Numbered from the stretch's first letter, positions 1-30,626 are shown. The stretch is 64,000 nucleotides of DNA from Phoronis australis (GCA_002633005.1 NMRA01000041.1:873294-937293); one strand, 5' to 3'. The notes: generated from the letters alone by a model not told the origin. Made by a program: numbers and translations.

Positions 1-2989
1 TGAAAAAATCAAAACTTTGAGAAAATCTGTCGAACATTGTTTAGTTTCAATTACGAAACAATAATAAACAGTAAAACTAAGCAACTTTAAATTAGTCTAA
101 CATTCATGTAGCCACGTTTTACAGTCCCTAAAGAGGATTCCAAACTCCGTTTTGGTGATTGCAACTAATCCCCGTACCGTCACCTACTAATGCATCACTG
201 GTGTCCCATTTTAGTAATAAAAGCAAGATTCAAGTAAAAATGCATACATTTTGAGCCTCAAATTGGATTTTATGGTTCTTGGTGGGCGGTCACACCTTGC
301 CGTTGTTGTGTAACTCGCCTAAAGCGTAAGCCAAGCTTGCCCGTTTAGCAAACTTTTAAAGGAGTTTTCAAATTGTTCTCCAATTTTTTATGAGTTGTCG
401 AGGGATACAGATATAAGACGAAATTGATGCGTCTTGGTTGTGATTTGAGTCCTGTGTGCGCCTGCAACGAATGCCTAGTGTTGTATCTGCTAACTTCGTG
501 GAATCTACACTAAAGTAGTACATGTCATACTAAGAGTTCAGGCGTATGCCTATTCATATCGCTTACGCATATACACACATACATCTTTCTCGTTTGTTTT
601 TAGTGTTAACGCGTTTTACGGCAGACAGCTTCCTGCAGTTAGCTTACTGCACTAATTTACTGCCACCTCAGAAAACAGTTATACAGACGAGGCGTTTCAG
701 CACTGACCGCGTGAACCGCGCTTTCTCAAAACAAAAATAACACGAAAATGGCAGAGGCAACCATTCGTTGTGGAAAGTGTAGATAAGTACCGGGCAAATG
801 GAACAGTTGCTAACTCCGTAATAAGCAATAATATTTTATTTCAAAAACATGAAAAAGAACAACTGATTTCATTAAACCCCTCCCATCCAAACATTAAGGA
901 ATGTATAAGTTTACTATATCAGGAAATAATGTGAATTGATTTCAACACGGGGGACCTCCAAAGGGGTTCCGTTAATTGCAAAGTTGTACTTCCACAAACA
1001 TATGAAAATAGCGACAATTAATTCCACACACTGGCTCCCTCCACCTGAGCGTCTAACACGAACTGGTGTATAATTTCACAAAAACGGGAAGGAGTGACGA
1101 ACGGTTCCATCGTCGGGAGTCCGCTCCAATCTGGGTGGCGTTACGCCTCTCAAACACGTCTGGATGTAAGAATATTAAAGTGTTAATGAGGAAAACAGAG
1201 AAAAACGTGCATTGCCTGCTAATTGAGTAAAACATTTGACCGATTCAAAGGAGAATTAAAGTAAACCTATTAAGCAGCGCGTNGCTCGAACGAGCCATTT
1301 GGTGAAGTGGGCAAAAAGGTCCTCCTCAGAGAAACAAAAACTCCGAAAAAAAACGAGACTACTGTCGACTAAAAAGGCAGGGACTACCAAAATTCAGCGA
1401 ATGCACAATTCATATCTCTAAACGTATTCCGTGAATCTTGGTAAAAGGTCCACATTCTCAAAAATTCGAGTCCCCCAATTTTTTTAGATTGGGTGCGCGC
1501 ATGAACTGCGTGTGGCCATAACTTTGACTAGACAATAACAACGAGTGTACAGTATTATAGTACACTCCTAGATAATACTCGCCAGTCTTGGTTTACGGAG
1601 TGAATGGGCCATTTTCGGAAGTACAGGTCACGTGGCTTTCTTTATGATGACTTCGGAATATTAGACCAGCCTACATTTTACAAAATAAAGTTTGTCGACG
1701 AGATTCTTGAAAAAATCAAAACTTTGAGAAAATCTGTCAAACATTGTTTAGTTTCAATTACAAAACAATAATAAACAGTAAAACTAAGCAACTTTAAATT
1801 AGTCTAACATTCATGTAGCCACGTTTTACAGTCCCTAAAGAGGATTCCAAACTCCGTTTTGGTGATTGCAACTAATCCCCGTACCGTCACCTACTAATGC
1901 ATCACTGGTGTCCCATTTTAGTAATAAAAGCAAGATTCAAGTAAAAATGCATACATTTTGAGCCTCAAATTGGATTTTATGGTTCTTGGTGGGCGGTCAC
2001 ACCTTGCCGTTGTTGTGTAACTCGCCTAAAGCGTAAGCCAAGCTTGCCCGTTTAGCAAACTTTTAAAGGAGTTTTCAAATTGTTCTCCAATTTTTTATGA
2101 GTTGTCGAGGGATACAGATATAAGACGAAATTGATGCGTCTTGGTTGTGATTTGAGTCCTGTGTGCGCCTGCAACGAATGCCTAGTGTTGTATCTGCTAA
2201 CTTCGTGGAATCTACACTAAAGTAGTACATGTCATACTAAGAGTTCAGGCGTATGCCTATTCATATCGCTTACGCATATACACACATACATCTTTCTCGT
2301 TTGTTTTTAGTGTTAACGCGTTTTACGGCAGACAGCTTCCTGCAGTTAGCTTACTGCACTAATTTACTGCCACCTCAGAAAACAGTTATACAGACGAGGC
2401 GTTTCAGCACTGACCGCGTGAACCGCGCTTTCTCAAAACAAAAATAACACGAAAATGGCAGAGGCAACCATTCGTTGTGGAAAGTGTAGATAAGTACCGG
2501 GCAAATGGAACAGTTGCTAACTCCGTAATAAGCAATAATATTTTATTTCAAAAACATGAAAAAGAACAACTGATTTCATTAAACCCCTCCCATCCAAACA
2601 TTAAGGAATGTATAAGTTTACTATATCAGGAAATAATGTGAATTGATTTCAACACGGGGGACCTCCAAAGGGGTTCCGTTAATTGCAAAGTTGTACTTCC
2701 ACAAACATATGAAAATAGCGACAATTAATTCCAAACACTGGGTCCCTCCACCTGAGCGTCTAACACGAACTGGTGTATAATTTCACAAAAACGGGAAGGA
2801 GTGACGAACGGTTCCATCGTCGGGAGTCCGCTCCAATCTGGGTGGCATTACACCTCTCAAACACATCTGGGTGTAAGAATATTAAAGTGTTAATGAGGAA
2901 AACAGAGAAAAACGTGCATTGCCTGCTAATTGAGTAAAACATTTGACCGATTCAAAGGAGAATTAAAGTAAACCTATTAAGCAGCGCGT
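1..2989 (+). repeat. Near-identical direct duplication (1-1282 vs 1708-2989, offset 1707), split by a single N at 1283; probable haplotype/contig-overlap artefact
   Basis: tgaaaaaatcaaaactttgaga occurs at 1 and 1708, and the 64-aa ORFs at 546 and 2253 are identical. Only scattered SNPs differ (e.g. gcgttacgcc vs gcattacacc). Copy 1 stops exactly at the N. Confidence 0.9.
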
Positions 2990-3661
2990 TTCTCATTACA
3001 GGGTTCTCTCGTCAGGTTAACTTGACCAGATGCTCTTGCTTCTATGTGCCCTATTCTGAAACATAAACAACGCTCACCGTGCGTTATGCATGCAGTCGTT
3101 GTTTGGATAAATTCTTTGCAGAACACGGAGTTTAATGAATAAGACGGTTAGAATTCAAATTAAACCGGAGTTTTCGTACGTTAAGCATCGAAACGAATTA
3201 TGATCCTAGGTTCGGGTACAAAATTATCCAAAGCCACGCGTCCTTACGCTTTTAGCAATCGTAGAAAAACCCTTGGGATCCGCAGATGAACCTTCTCCGT
3301 GATGATTTTCAGCTTAATGTAAATACATCCAGTTTTAGGAAGTTTTTTACCTGAGTCAAAGATTATGATTTGTTTTTGATGTTTAAAATACAAAAAGTCT
3401 ACAAAATTTGAACTAAGTCATATGATTTGCTAGTCTCGTTTCCAGTATCTCTAAACTAAAATTTGTAGAGACTTTGCCAGCTTTGGCGTCATGATACACT
3501 TGCATCGTGTCAAAATAGACTTTAACATTAATTTAGAAACACCGACATTGTTGTCCTAGGGGTGGAGGGAGGTATGATCAGCAATCACCAGCTTTGTTAT
3601 TCATACACCACCTTTCTACGTGATTTTCCCGTACAGGCCCTACACACATGCAGGTTCTTAC

Positions 3662-3731
3662 CCATGACGTCAGCCAATTCATCTTCGTTTTCGCCGCTGA
3701 CATATTCCCATTTTCCCACAAATGCATTCAT
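3662..3731 (-). CDS. Fatty acid-binding protein (intracellular lipid-binding protein family), first coding exon; downstream exons not identified in the window
   Basis: Translates MNAFVGKWEYVSGENEDELADVM-G, the FABP N-terminal xFxGKWx...SxENxDE signature. It ends in a phase-1 G|GTAAG donor at the position conserved for FABP intron 1. A tttcag acceptor at 3742-3743 implies an upstream 5'UTR exon. Confidence 0.75.
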
Positions 3732-6700
3732 GTCTATGGGACTGAAACAAAACGCCAACAAGGTTATCGTCTGCCAAATGAAATGCACGCGCCCACTGCC
3801 TTCAATTTTCCTTGTCTGCACTCCTGTTCTTCCGCTTTCCCACTGAGTCACGTAACGATTTCCCAGCACGGCGATGAAATAAAGGCCAACTCGTTGGTTA
3901 GCAGCGTACAGTGTCAATGGTTAGCAACAGTCTTTACCAGTACTACAGTAATTGATGAATGTATATATTATCATCAGGTCGGTATTGTGCTTTATTGTGG
4001 ACTAATTAGTGCTTAGTTGTAAAAATATAGTAACTGACGCGATGTTTTTGATAACAAAGAGACGTGTGCGCCACTAGTGCGGCAATAACTAATTTTTTTC
4101 CTTTCAATTTTCCCCAAGAATTTAAAACATGAAAATGTATAAAAATTCAATCAGTCCGTGATCACGATTTCTCTGTCCTAAAACTGTTTTCGGAACCGTG
4201 TTCAGTCTTCGAAGCAGTCTAGTCTTCAAAGCAATGCTCTTGGTATACGTTTCAGTTAGATCGAAATTCAGTTCGTCTAATTTCAAGTATTTTCCTTCTT
4301 AGAGAAATAAGACTGTGGCAGAAATTCAGTCTATCAAGCTTCAGGTATTTCTCTCCCTAGAGAAATAACACTGTGACTCACGCAATTTTCCTTGTAAGTG
4401 TAGAATTTCAGTTCCCCTGAACACTTGGAGTTTCCTTGGTGTTTCACGAGTTGGTACCATAAGAGCCAACACGTCATGATGAGGTCGACTATAATTAGAC
4501 ACAGACTGCCGAGAACCTTTTATACAGAATAGACGATGTTTTTCTGTACACTAAACAACATTAGCACTTGTTTTAACATCCCCTAACTAATATTTTTCTT
4601 TGAGGTTATGCTTGGTTCAGGAAAGCACTTGGTCCCAGCTCAGACCAAATTCATCATATTTTGACACGCTTTTCGTCAAGCCCGTTGAAACTGAAGTACA
4701 CCAACAGTAATTAAAATTGTTTTGGATTCGTGTCCTGCCGGATCGTGTCACCCAACAATCACCTGTCAACCTCCTTTGAGATATATACATGTATGTATAC
4801 ACAGTTATTAACATTATCAGCCAACATAACAACTCTCTGTTTCAATTATACCCGATATTGCCATAATGGCAAAATTGTTATGGGCATTTTCGTCTTAAGA
4901 AACCCAAGAATAACGTCTCTTGAGAATCAATATAAGGAAAGCATTACTTTGATTGTCAGACATGATTCTCTTAGGATTATCTGAAACTTTTACTGACGAA
5001 TTTCAAGGTCCTCAAAGTATAGACGGTCGTAAACGAGAGTGTCTTTGTCTTTTTACCAGTAAAATCGTAACAGGGTACCGCTGCAATGCATCAGACATCA
5101 TGTCAACATGTCCGTGAGATACTTTGTACCTCGCGCTTGTCTTCATGGAGTCTGCGCAGATCGGATCATTTTTGTGACACAAACAATCCGGTAATTGTAT
5201 CCGTGCCTTATAAAGTTAGCAAAGAAAGTCCTGCACCTCAACATATAGAAAAATGCCATGTACGTGGTAAATCAACATAATAAGGGTTCCTTGTTTTCTG
5301 ATGTACATTTCTATCATTCTAAGAGGCCTGGAACGCGATAAACACACTAAAGTGCAATATTGAAACTGGTTTTCTGCCACCGAAACAGAATTCAACCTGC
5401 TCACCTGGTATTTTTGGGATCTGTTCGTAAACATGTTTAATTACTGTTGATATCAAATCATTTTCTTTCAGTTTCAAATTTCAAAAAACGATCTGTCAAC
5501 TGCTCGCCAATTAGTCAATTTTTCTCCCACAAGGCAAAGCACGTCTCGTTATTTGGTATGGCAAGACATAGCACATTTGCCTTAAATGGAAAATGTGTCC
5601 TTTGACGTCAAGTGACTTCAGGCAATTGACTGAGCGCATGCGTGCATTTATCGTAAGTGGGAGGAAGATTAGAAACTTTGTGGTAACCACAGAGTTTTGC
5701 CTTCGCGCGTATTTCAAAATCGTGAATTTTGTGATTTTTTTGTAACTTTCCTCACAGGGGAAGGTTAATTACTCTGTAATAGACGTTGCTAGATGGTATT
5801 TTCATCAGGAATTGTTTAAAACGTATTTTGACGAGCTTTCGTGTTCCATGCCTCTCTAAAGCCCCTAATCGTAAATGAAACATTTATTTCTGTTTCAACA
5901 ATTTTTGATGCAAGTTGAAATTCAAGAGAATCAACATCGTTCGTCTCCCAAACAGCCAACGTCATTAACAATTTTTGATAATACTAGGTTCACATGGGTG
6001 ACGAAAACGCCAGTACCTTCATTGGCTAAAACGTTAGCGAAAAGTCTAGCGTTTTAGACGTCTATCTGTCAGCGAACTTCAAGGGTTTATTTTCGCCAGC
6101 CAAGAAGTGTGGTCGTTTCTTCGCCAACCGAATCGTTTTTAAGCGAAAATTGGTGTCGAAGCACGTTCACTCTCCACCACTAACTGATTAATAATGAACA
6201 ACTATATCTTCCCCCTGCGCGTGTGTTTTTAGAAGCAGGTGTTCTGGCTACAGAATTACGCGCGAAAAGACAACAGATTTATGGGGCAACTCAAAGCTAC
6301 GGCAAAGCGGCATCAAAATGGTCAATTGTATCTGTTCATATGACTGGCGCTTTTTGCTACTAACCAATATGCTAGCGAAACCGCCAGCCTTTTGGACAGT
6401 GGGTAATGCTTTAAAGGACCATTCTCGGTGGAATTGATCATACAAGCTACGCAATAGTTTCCTAATATGGAATCGAAGACTCTGCTGCTGAGTAAACTCG
6501 TGCGCAATGAATAGCGTAATATTTCAAGCTTATTTAAATGGTAAGGTCACAGCCCTTGATTTTCAGCGAATGTGTGGCAGTCAATAGCGAGTTTTGGCGA
6601 TTTGTGATTAAATACAAAAAACAATGGATTCTGTTGTTTAATAGCCCTTGTCCAAGATGAAGCCTACAACACATTCAACAATTAGCCCCAAAACGTTTTT

Positions 6701-6869
6701 CGGCAGTAAAAGTGATATTGTTCTATTAAGAAGTCAATGTACCGTAAGCACACCCGCTCTCCCCTCCAGTAGCAAAAAGTCCACTTACATCTATGCTCAT
6801 TAATCAGCGAGTCACTTGCATTCTTTGTTGGTAGCAAACGCACACCGGCCGACCATCGGTTCGAATATA

Positions 6870-7922
6870 GTACAGGTACTAGTGGGCACAGTGTCCGTTG
6901 GATCTGCCGGAAAGTCGTCGCCGTCTGTTGTTATCTTCATATAAATACACTTACTAAATTTAGTAAATATCCTGCAGTGGGTTTAGGAGATACGACTATG
7001 GTCGCAAAACAAAACTACCACTAGAAGGCGCCACAGTAGTCAGTCACCATCATCAAAGGTCGTCTCCACACTGAGAACATATATATTTAATATATATTTT
7101 CAAATGATTTGGTTGATACAGGGGTGGAAGCCAAAAACAAGATTTGAAAACAGCAAAAATGGCCACTAGGTGGTGCAAAATACCTCGATTCCATCCAAAT
7201 ACAGGAAGATAAAGTCATCACACCAATAGATGCCTATATTTAAAATTTTATCAAAATCTGTTGAGGACCTTTGAAGATACAGAGTTAAACGTAAAAACTA
7301 AAATTGCCACTAGGGGGCACAGCAGTAGTCAGATCTGTCCAAAAGTCGTCGTCATCCGTAGTCAACATCATATAAATACACTTGCTAAATTAAGTAAAGA
7401 TCCTGCGAACGGTTTAGGAGATGGCGCAAAAAAAAACTGCCACTGAGAGGTGCCACAGTAGACGAAATAATCGGAAAATCATCGTCAACGGTCCTCTTCA
7501 TAGTAAGCACAATTTTCATAATCATCCTTTGAGCGGTTTGGTTGATAGAGGGGTGGACGCAAAAAACGACTCGAAAACAGTAAAAATGGCCACTAGGTGG
7601 CGCAAACTACATCAAATCCATCCGAAAACGGGAGGATAGCGTCATCTCACTAATAGGTGCCTACATACCAAATTTTATGAAAATCCGGTTAAGGACTTTT
7701 TAAGATACAAAGGTAAGCGTAAAAAAATAAAATTGCCACTAGGGGGCACACCGGTAGTCGGATCCGTCCGAAAGTTCGCTCATGCCGTCCCATTCATGAA
7801 TAGAACATGTGTGCCAAATTTCATGAACGTATGTCAAAGCGTTTTGGAGATAGAGCAGCTGACGCCGGACGGACGGAGATGAGGGCATAATGCGCCCACA
7901 TACAAATATGTGGGCGCATAAT
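6870..7922 (+). mobile_element. Non-autonomous Helentron-associated (HINE/pearl-like) element with internal ~133-150 bp tandem subunits; 5' truncated copy
   Basis: Degenerate subunits with a ccactag(g/a/t)gg(c/t)gc core at ~6875, 7016, 7161, 7305, 7438, 7588 and 7734. A GGAC-type microsatellite lies at ~7860-7876 and a perfect 13-bp terminal hairpin atgcgcccacata-caaa-tatgtgggcgcat at 7890-7919. Homologous to 35103-36322. Confidence 0.75.
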
Positions 7923-9711
7923 GATGATCTCATTCCAATAGTTTTAATGCATGTCCGAGACGCTGAACTTTCTTACAAAATACCACAGAATGAAACAAAA
8001 ATGTCACATAATAATTTATTAAACAAAAGTTCAATTTACAATTCATTTTGTGGCACCCTGTTATTAACAATGTAACTTGCATGTAAACCATAACTCTTAA
8101 CGAACCACGTACTGAATTTGAAGAAGGGTTCCAGAACCATTTCAGTCACTTGGACATCAATACCTTCAACCATTAATTACCCCGAATGCAATCTACATGT
8201 AAATCTTGAATCACGGGCCTTCATAGTTGCTGCTTTGGAAATAACACAAAAAGTCGTTTCTAAAATTTAGCACAAGTAACTTTAACTATACTCGACTCAT
8301 ATCTACTTGATATGAATTTAACATAACATAAATAACCCCAGCACACTCAACTGTTGCTACTGAAATAAAAATAATATCAACAAGACATGCAAGGATTAGT
8401 TGTAATAAAAAAGTCACTTTTCCAATGAAGAAATCCCATTACACTACACCAGATGCACAAAATTACACAGAATTAACACTGCAGCTGTTCAAGAGCCTTC
8501 AGTTGGAACATTACTAATTTAAATAAAAAAATCTGCTGCAATAAATACAGAATTTTCAGTTGCAAACACTTTGTGACAGAGTAGAGCTTGCAGGCTTGTC
8601 AAACCTCGGATGACAGAGCCAGACAATATCCTACTCTTTACTATATTGATTAGGAAATAAATGAGTCATTCCACCATCTGTCATTTAAAAAGTACATTAT
8701 CCCATATTTTATTTCGATCCAATTGGTCAAGGGTGTCTGACTTTAAACAAAAGTCATACAATCTGTATGAAAAAAAAACCCTAGCGATGCAATATTATCT
8801 CGGGCAAAGGAAATTAAACAAGAAAATCTCATACAGCAAAAAACGGTACAATTACAACAAAATGTTTTAAAAGCATGTTATTATAAACAAGAATAACAGG
8901 ACCTGAAAGCCAATCTCCAAGCTTGAACTCAAACTCCAACTTTATGTTGACATGTTGTGCATTAATTGAACAAGATCTCAAGAGAAGTCTTAAGCAATGC
9001 AGCCTAACTCTGTAATGGTCTGAGTTCAACTACACACTTGATAATGACATAAGTCCAGTCAACACACAGACGTACCCTAGATCAACTTGCACTAATGCAA
9101 ATTTTCCTCTTTAAGAAAAGCATCCACACACATGTCTCAAAACGCAAGGTAGAAGTTGTCGCTATGCATATGTCAATGAACAGCTGATGTGAATACAGCG
9201 GAAAAAAGAAGACCCATATGAATGTAACTGCCAAGTGTGCAGCTGATAATTACTTTCACTTTGCGCCAGGTTTGCGGCCACACAGCAATGAGAAGAGGCA
9301 CAACCTACCCTAGAACAAGTTACCCAACCTCGACAAGATGGAATAAAATGTCAGTAGTTTAAACAGAATCCAGACAGCCCCCAAACTTGTTCCAGGAGTA
9401 AATTATTTTAGGGTAAATCTGTGTGTGGACGGTACCAAAGCTACATGAAATCTGAAGCTCACACTGAAGAAGAACAGATGAAACTAAAGTGAAGTTCAAC
9501 TTTGAAAGCTGGCTTTCGGGTCCTGGTCTTGGATGCATAAAAACTTATCCACTGGATAAGTTTGAGAGCATTGTTCAAGAATACTAGCATGAAGTGTGAC
9601 GTCATTGTTGTTATCTAGTGTACAGTTATTGTGCAACATACTCCCTGAAATACATTTGTTGTACAAAAGATTTTCACATTTTATAAGAGGAACTTAAATA
9701 TTAAATACTTC

Positions 9712-9813
9712 ATTCTTAACATGGCAGAGTTATAACATCTTTCTTAACATGGTAGAGTTATAATGTCGTTCTGAAAGTGGTAGAGTTATAACGTTAATCT
9801 TAACATGGTAGAG
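9712..9813. repeat. Degenerate ~27-bp minisatellite (tcttaacatggtagagttataac), about 4 copies
   Basis: Repeated tcttaacatgg(c/t)agagttataa units read directly. Confidence 0.7.
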
Positions 9814-11024
9814 TAAGTGTAAGTTAGGTCTCTGCAATAAAATTCACACAATAACATGGTAAAACTGAAAAACTAAGAAACAACAACTGGATGATATCCA
9901 CTTCGAGGACTAAAAAAGGGCTGCCTTATCTTATACACTGGTGGAAGACACAGGCATTGGAAACTTTAAAGTTGATAACTATAATAGGTTTTATGCATAT
10001 AGACGTTTTGATAGACCTTGCGGGGTCAACAAAGGTTTGATCGTTTTTCTGTAATGCCAGCAAGGGGAAATAATATTGCAAAATACCTATGCCAGACAAA
10101 CAAACGGAACAGATGGGATGGTGGTTGGTTTTCCAGACAAACAACTCTACTATAAAGAGACAGATTCACTTCAGTATCGTAGTACCAGAATACTCGATGA
10201 AGATTTTTTCTGCAGCATTCCTTGCACACTCCTTTTACATCAAACTTCCATTAGCACAAAAAAATGTTTAAGTCGTAAACGAGTGAAGCGATTTCAAAAA
10301 CCACCATACACAAATTGGATTTGGACCACAAACATGTTTATATTAACCAGCTATTAAATTAAAACACGTTGCACTACACTTACAAAAGTGTTAACTGAAT
10401 GACAAGAAAACTATAAAGACTCCAACAAGAAGGTAATCAGTCTATCATAGCAGGCCTCCCGTGAAACGATTTAAAAAACAATATATTACTTTACAAAATT
10501 ACTTTGGGTGAGCAAAATAAGGGAAGGTGTGGATCAGATGAAGATTTACATTACAGAAGGCTAATAGCTCTCAACATTATTGCAATCATTACATGATATC
10601 CATGGAAACCAGTTAATTACTTGGCCGCTGCTGTGATGCAATTAGCTAGTTGTTAACAAACCCAAATGAAGCCGTGTTTTACAATTTTGTCAACAGGCCA
10701 AGCAGAAATATGAAGTCTTGAATTAGAAAAAAACATAAACAAGTAATAATATAAACTTTCTACTTAGCGTTCATAACAGGATTTTAGATAGTAACATCTG
10801 TAATGTGCAAGTTTTAACAACTGTCAAACATACATCAGGTATTTTCTAGTTCATCTTATTCTTTCAACCTTGGGTTCTAATTGAGTCTACTAGTACTTAT
10901 ACAGTACTGATCATGGAGGATGTTATTGGAAAAATGTGTTTTTGTTCAGATGACCGGCCCACCCTTGAAGCATAACAATAAAACCAAATAAATTACACAG
11001 AAATCAGGCACCCTGTTCTACATC

Positions 11025-27035
<16,011 letters not shown>

Positions 27036-28852
27036 TCTAGCCGACCATCCGTTGTTCTGTATTGCCACTGCAACTTCACGTGACCATTACTACAGGGTTA
27101 GAACAAAACAATCAATGCAAATGTGATATTTTTCACATAGAAGAAATGACAGAACTTCTGAAGAAAAAATGTTAGTCGGTCACAGATGCTAATTCTTCGG
27201 CTATTTAGCACTTAAGATGGCACATGTGCTCATAAGCTATCCGTTCCCCACGCTAAATGTGGCACATGTGTTCATGTAACATAAAATTGTCGTGATGGAC
27301 CATCCAGAGTTGGCAGAAAACCGTTAAGTCTTCCGCTCTATTACTGTTAAATGCACTCTAATTCGACAGCATTTAAGCTACAAGTAGTCTGAACAATTAA
27401 GACGTCTGATTTCATTTTTCGCCCTTTTTGTGGACAGAAACAGTAGGCCCTACCAGTGATAACAGTGTGTCCAGCATATAGGCCTACTCCCTAAAGCCTT
27501 AGCTAAGTTTGCTTTACAATCATACTAGAGTTATGATAAGTCATGTGTTCTCCACTCATTCTTCCTCAGTCTATTCTCATAGTTGACATTTATTTGTGCT
27601 TTAATTTTGAATCCACATCATCGTCTACCATTTTGGAATTATGTTGCAGTCAAGTTTTACAGTAAAATCTCACCAATTTCGGACAAAAACAATTATCGCC
27701 AAAATTAATCTTTTTCACATTCAAAGGCTTCTAACACTGTTGTGGATGCCTATAATTTTTAACTATCATTGTCTGGAAGTGGTATAGATCTCAAAAATGC
27801 TATTGCATTTATTTGGTTCTACTTACTAACTTAGCGAAAATAATTGCACAAAATAAAATGTCAGCCACGTGTAGTCTTGCCTTATCAAATCACCACGGTT
27901 ATTTGGCAGTCAGCTTTGGTAACATTGGCACAAATATATAATGAATAACAGGCGTTATTCAGTGACTCAAAGTGCCAGTAGGCCTAACTTGTGCTCAAAT
28001 CAGGGACCCATGTATCCGACTATCTATTACCAAAATATGATCGCGAGACCTCAGTCACTAACAAGCAAGATATATTAATTTTGCTCGTATTTAAACTCAC
28101 AGAGGCTTTTTTTCGTCACCATACCTAAAGGTAATTTACGCTTCTACCATACAACATGTTACCGTTTTACTCTGGCTGTCACGTGAACTGCTTCTTCTAA
28201 AAATAGGCCTAACATTTATCACACAGTTCACAGCTCTAAGTCCCCAAACACTCCATCAACCTAGGAAGTTAGGAGTGCGCATGTGTAGAGTGTCGTCTAA
28301 CGGTGGCGCTGGTTCACAATCGGCTGCAAAATACTTTGTTGGTCCGGGGGAGCTGTAGACACGTCCCAGACTCTTGATAACTTATTTTTACACTCACGAT
28401 ATTTAGCGAGCTGGCCAATGAGATTGCAATATGAAAATAATAAATTTAAGCCTTGAGTTCATATTAGATGTTTGAGAGAAGTCAACTCAGTTCAGTTTTA
28501 TCTCCTGCCGTAGCTTACGGCTGAATCCCGTCGGACCGCCTACCGGCTCGCACATAGTGGCTAGTAGTGCCGGCCCGGTAGCCCCCATAGTGAACCCTGC
28601 AGTGTTGATTACTGTATTTTTTGTTACAATAAATTAAATATGACCAGGAGAACAAAATTAGCTTGGTTGCACTTTGTGCAGCTTTGAGCGTTTTCTGCAA
28701 TTCAAGAATTGTAAATGCTCAAAAAGTTAATTGCATCCGTAGTCCGACAGCTCCTACAGGCTGAACGGTTCTCCTAACCTTATAATAAATTTCCACAAGA
28801 AAACTTTACAGTAAACAACATTGCAGGGTCAACATTTTGGCAACTAAACTGT

Positions 28853-29068
28853 ACTGATTTATCCACGTATTTTGAAAACGCCTTGCCCAGTCACACATTG
28901 TGCCGATAGGCCTACCATGAGAGCAGCTAGGGATGCAGCAAGTAGAACTACTCTCGTTTATCACATTGGTGTAGACTCACAGTTGAACTGTGGTTTTCTG
29001 TAGACCCCAGACCGTCCCGAGTTGCACCATATACCAACTCCGGACGGTCTCTCACGACGATTAAGCGT
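28853..29068 (+). mobile_element. ~215-bp dispersed repeat with a 16-bp subterminal hairpin; inverted copy at 46208-46426
   Basis: High identity in reverse complement to 46208-46426. Stem agaccgtcccgagttg (29009-29024) pairs with caactccggacggtct (29035-29050). Confidence 0.75.
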
Positions 29069-30114
29069 TATGTTTTGTCCTTTACTGCCCCGCCGCCGGG
29101 AGAACCAATTCCCGGAAGTTCATTTCGGGTTCTCGAGAAGATTGGAAAAAGCGATGTACCCGCTTTCCTCGCAGCTTCATGGTTCGCACAGGCGGGAACA
29201 ATACGCCACACCATAGCGGCACACACTTGCATGACGGCGACATCCCGTTGCTCCCAACTTGTTCGATTCTATCAGCCCAACAACAAGGCAGTTTACCACC
29301 CGTAGCCAATATCTTACACGACTGATTAACTCCGTTCTGGAATTTATGGTTGGAGGACCTGCGCTCTTTTGTTCGATAATTGCTCTAATCTCCGATCAGA
29401 TCATATCTAGCCTGACTGGCCGGGCTGGGCTGATAAAAATGAAAGTTAAGTTATAGGCCTAACATATTGGCGAGGTCAGATCAGACCGATGAAGACGGTA
29501 ACAAAAATTCATTAAATAGGGTGGCATTCTCCTTTAACACCGATTGTACTCGCAGTACAATCAAGAAGGTACAATCAATATGCAGTCTATAAGCGAAATG
29601 TACATACCGGTAGTCGGAAATTACCAATTCACCATACCAATGTTCGCCTAAGGCTGCATTTCAAGAAGATGAAAACTAACGAAGACACATGTTAAGTTTA
29701 TGGGTACGTCACCTTAGACGTAATGTAGATACGTTAAATATAATAGTCAAGTTAGCAATGATGCAACTATGAAAAGAACCACAAGAGTCGCCTCCCTTTC
29801 CCCGAGTTCGTAGCCTAGTGTATGTCGTTTTGGGGGTTGTTCCTAGAAGAGCCTGTCGGCTTAGCCTGTTCATAGAACTCTAGCCCTGGAATACCAAATT
29901 TCCGATCTCGCAGTGGTAAGGTTGTACCGCTCATGCATGGCGTTTGTTTGCATTCATTTGTTCCGATCCTGGCTCTTGCTATCGAATTTACTGTCACGTA
30001 CGTTTCGGTATAGGTATACATTCACTGGAATTTACAAAAAGTATCTTGGCAACAGGTGAACATTGCACAAATGAGTTGTTATAGAAACTATTGACAACAT
30101 TAATAATTTGTGAA

Positions 30115-30161
30115 CACACGCACACACGCACGCATACACACACACACACACGCACACACAC
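30115..30161. repeat. (CA)n/(CACG)n microsatellite
   Basis: cacacgcacacacgcacgcatacacacacac... Confidence 0.9.
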
Positions 30162-30622
30162 TTAGCTACGCAAACGAGTAGTTTTTGCGAAAGTCACGTA
30201 AGCTCACCTGTTAATAGGGACTAAACTTTTTATTTATAATTGCAGAACGAACACTTAATACTATAAATTACAGTAGCATTATTTTTAACATCCAGAAATT
30301 TGTTATTGAAAAACTCCTAGCATGTAGTTTGCTATGTTGTCGAAAGTTATTCTAAGACTGGAGCTGAAAAGATCTCAGAAGTCAGACTATTCGAGGCAAT
30401 CAGCCAGGGTCCGTCAGAGGTCGGCCATGTATAAAGAATGATCAATGTAACTATTGGGTTTGTTGCCAGAAAAATGGCTGTGGGTCTTAAACCGCATGTC
30501 AATAGTTTCGTTTGATAAACAAAAATGACAAAATGAAAATGAAGCAATGAAATTAAACTTGATTCGTTGACTACAACACTCAATCAAAACTCAGTCGATC
30601 AGACGTCCGGAAATTCACAGTG

Positions 30623-30626
<4 letters not shown>

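Noticed and set aside
1-2989. Tandem gene duplication (identical 64-aa and near-identical 60-aa ORF pairs)
   Set aside because: The ORFs have no recognisable protein features, and the duplication ends at a single-N join with SNP-level differences typical of two haplotypes
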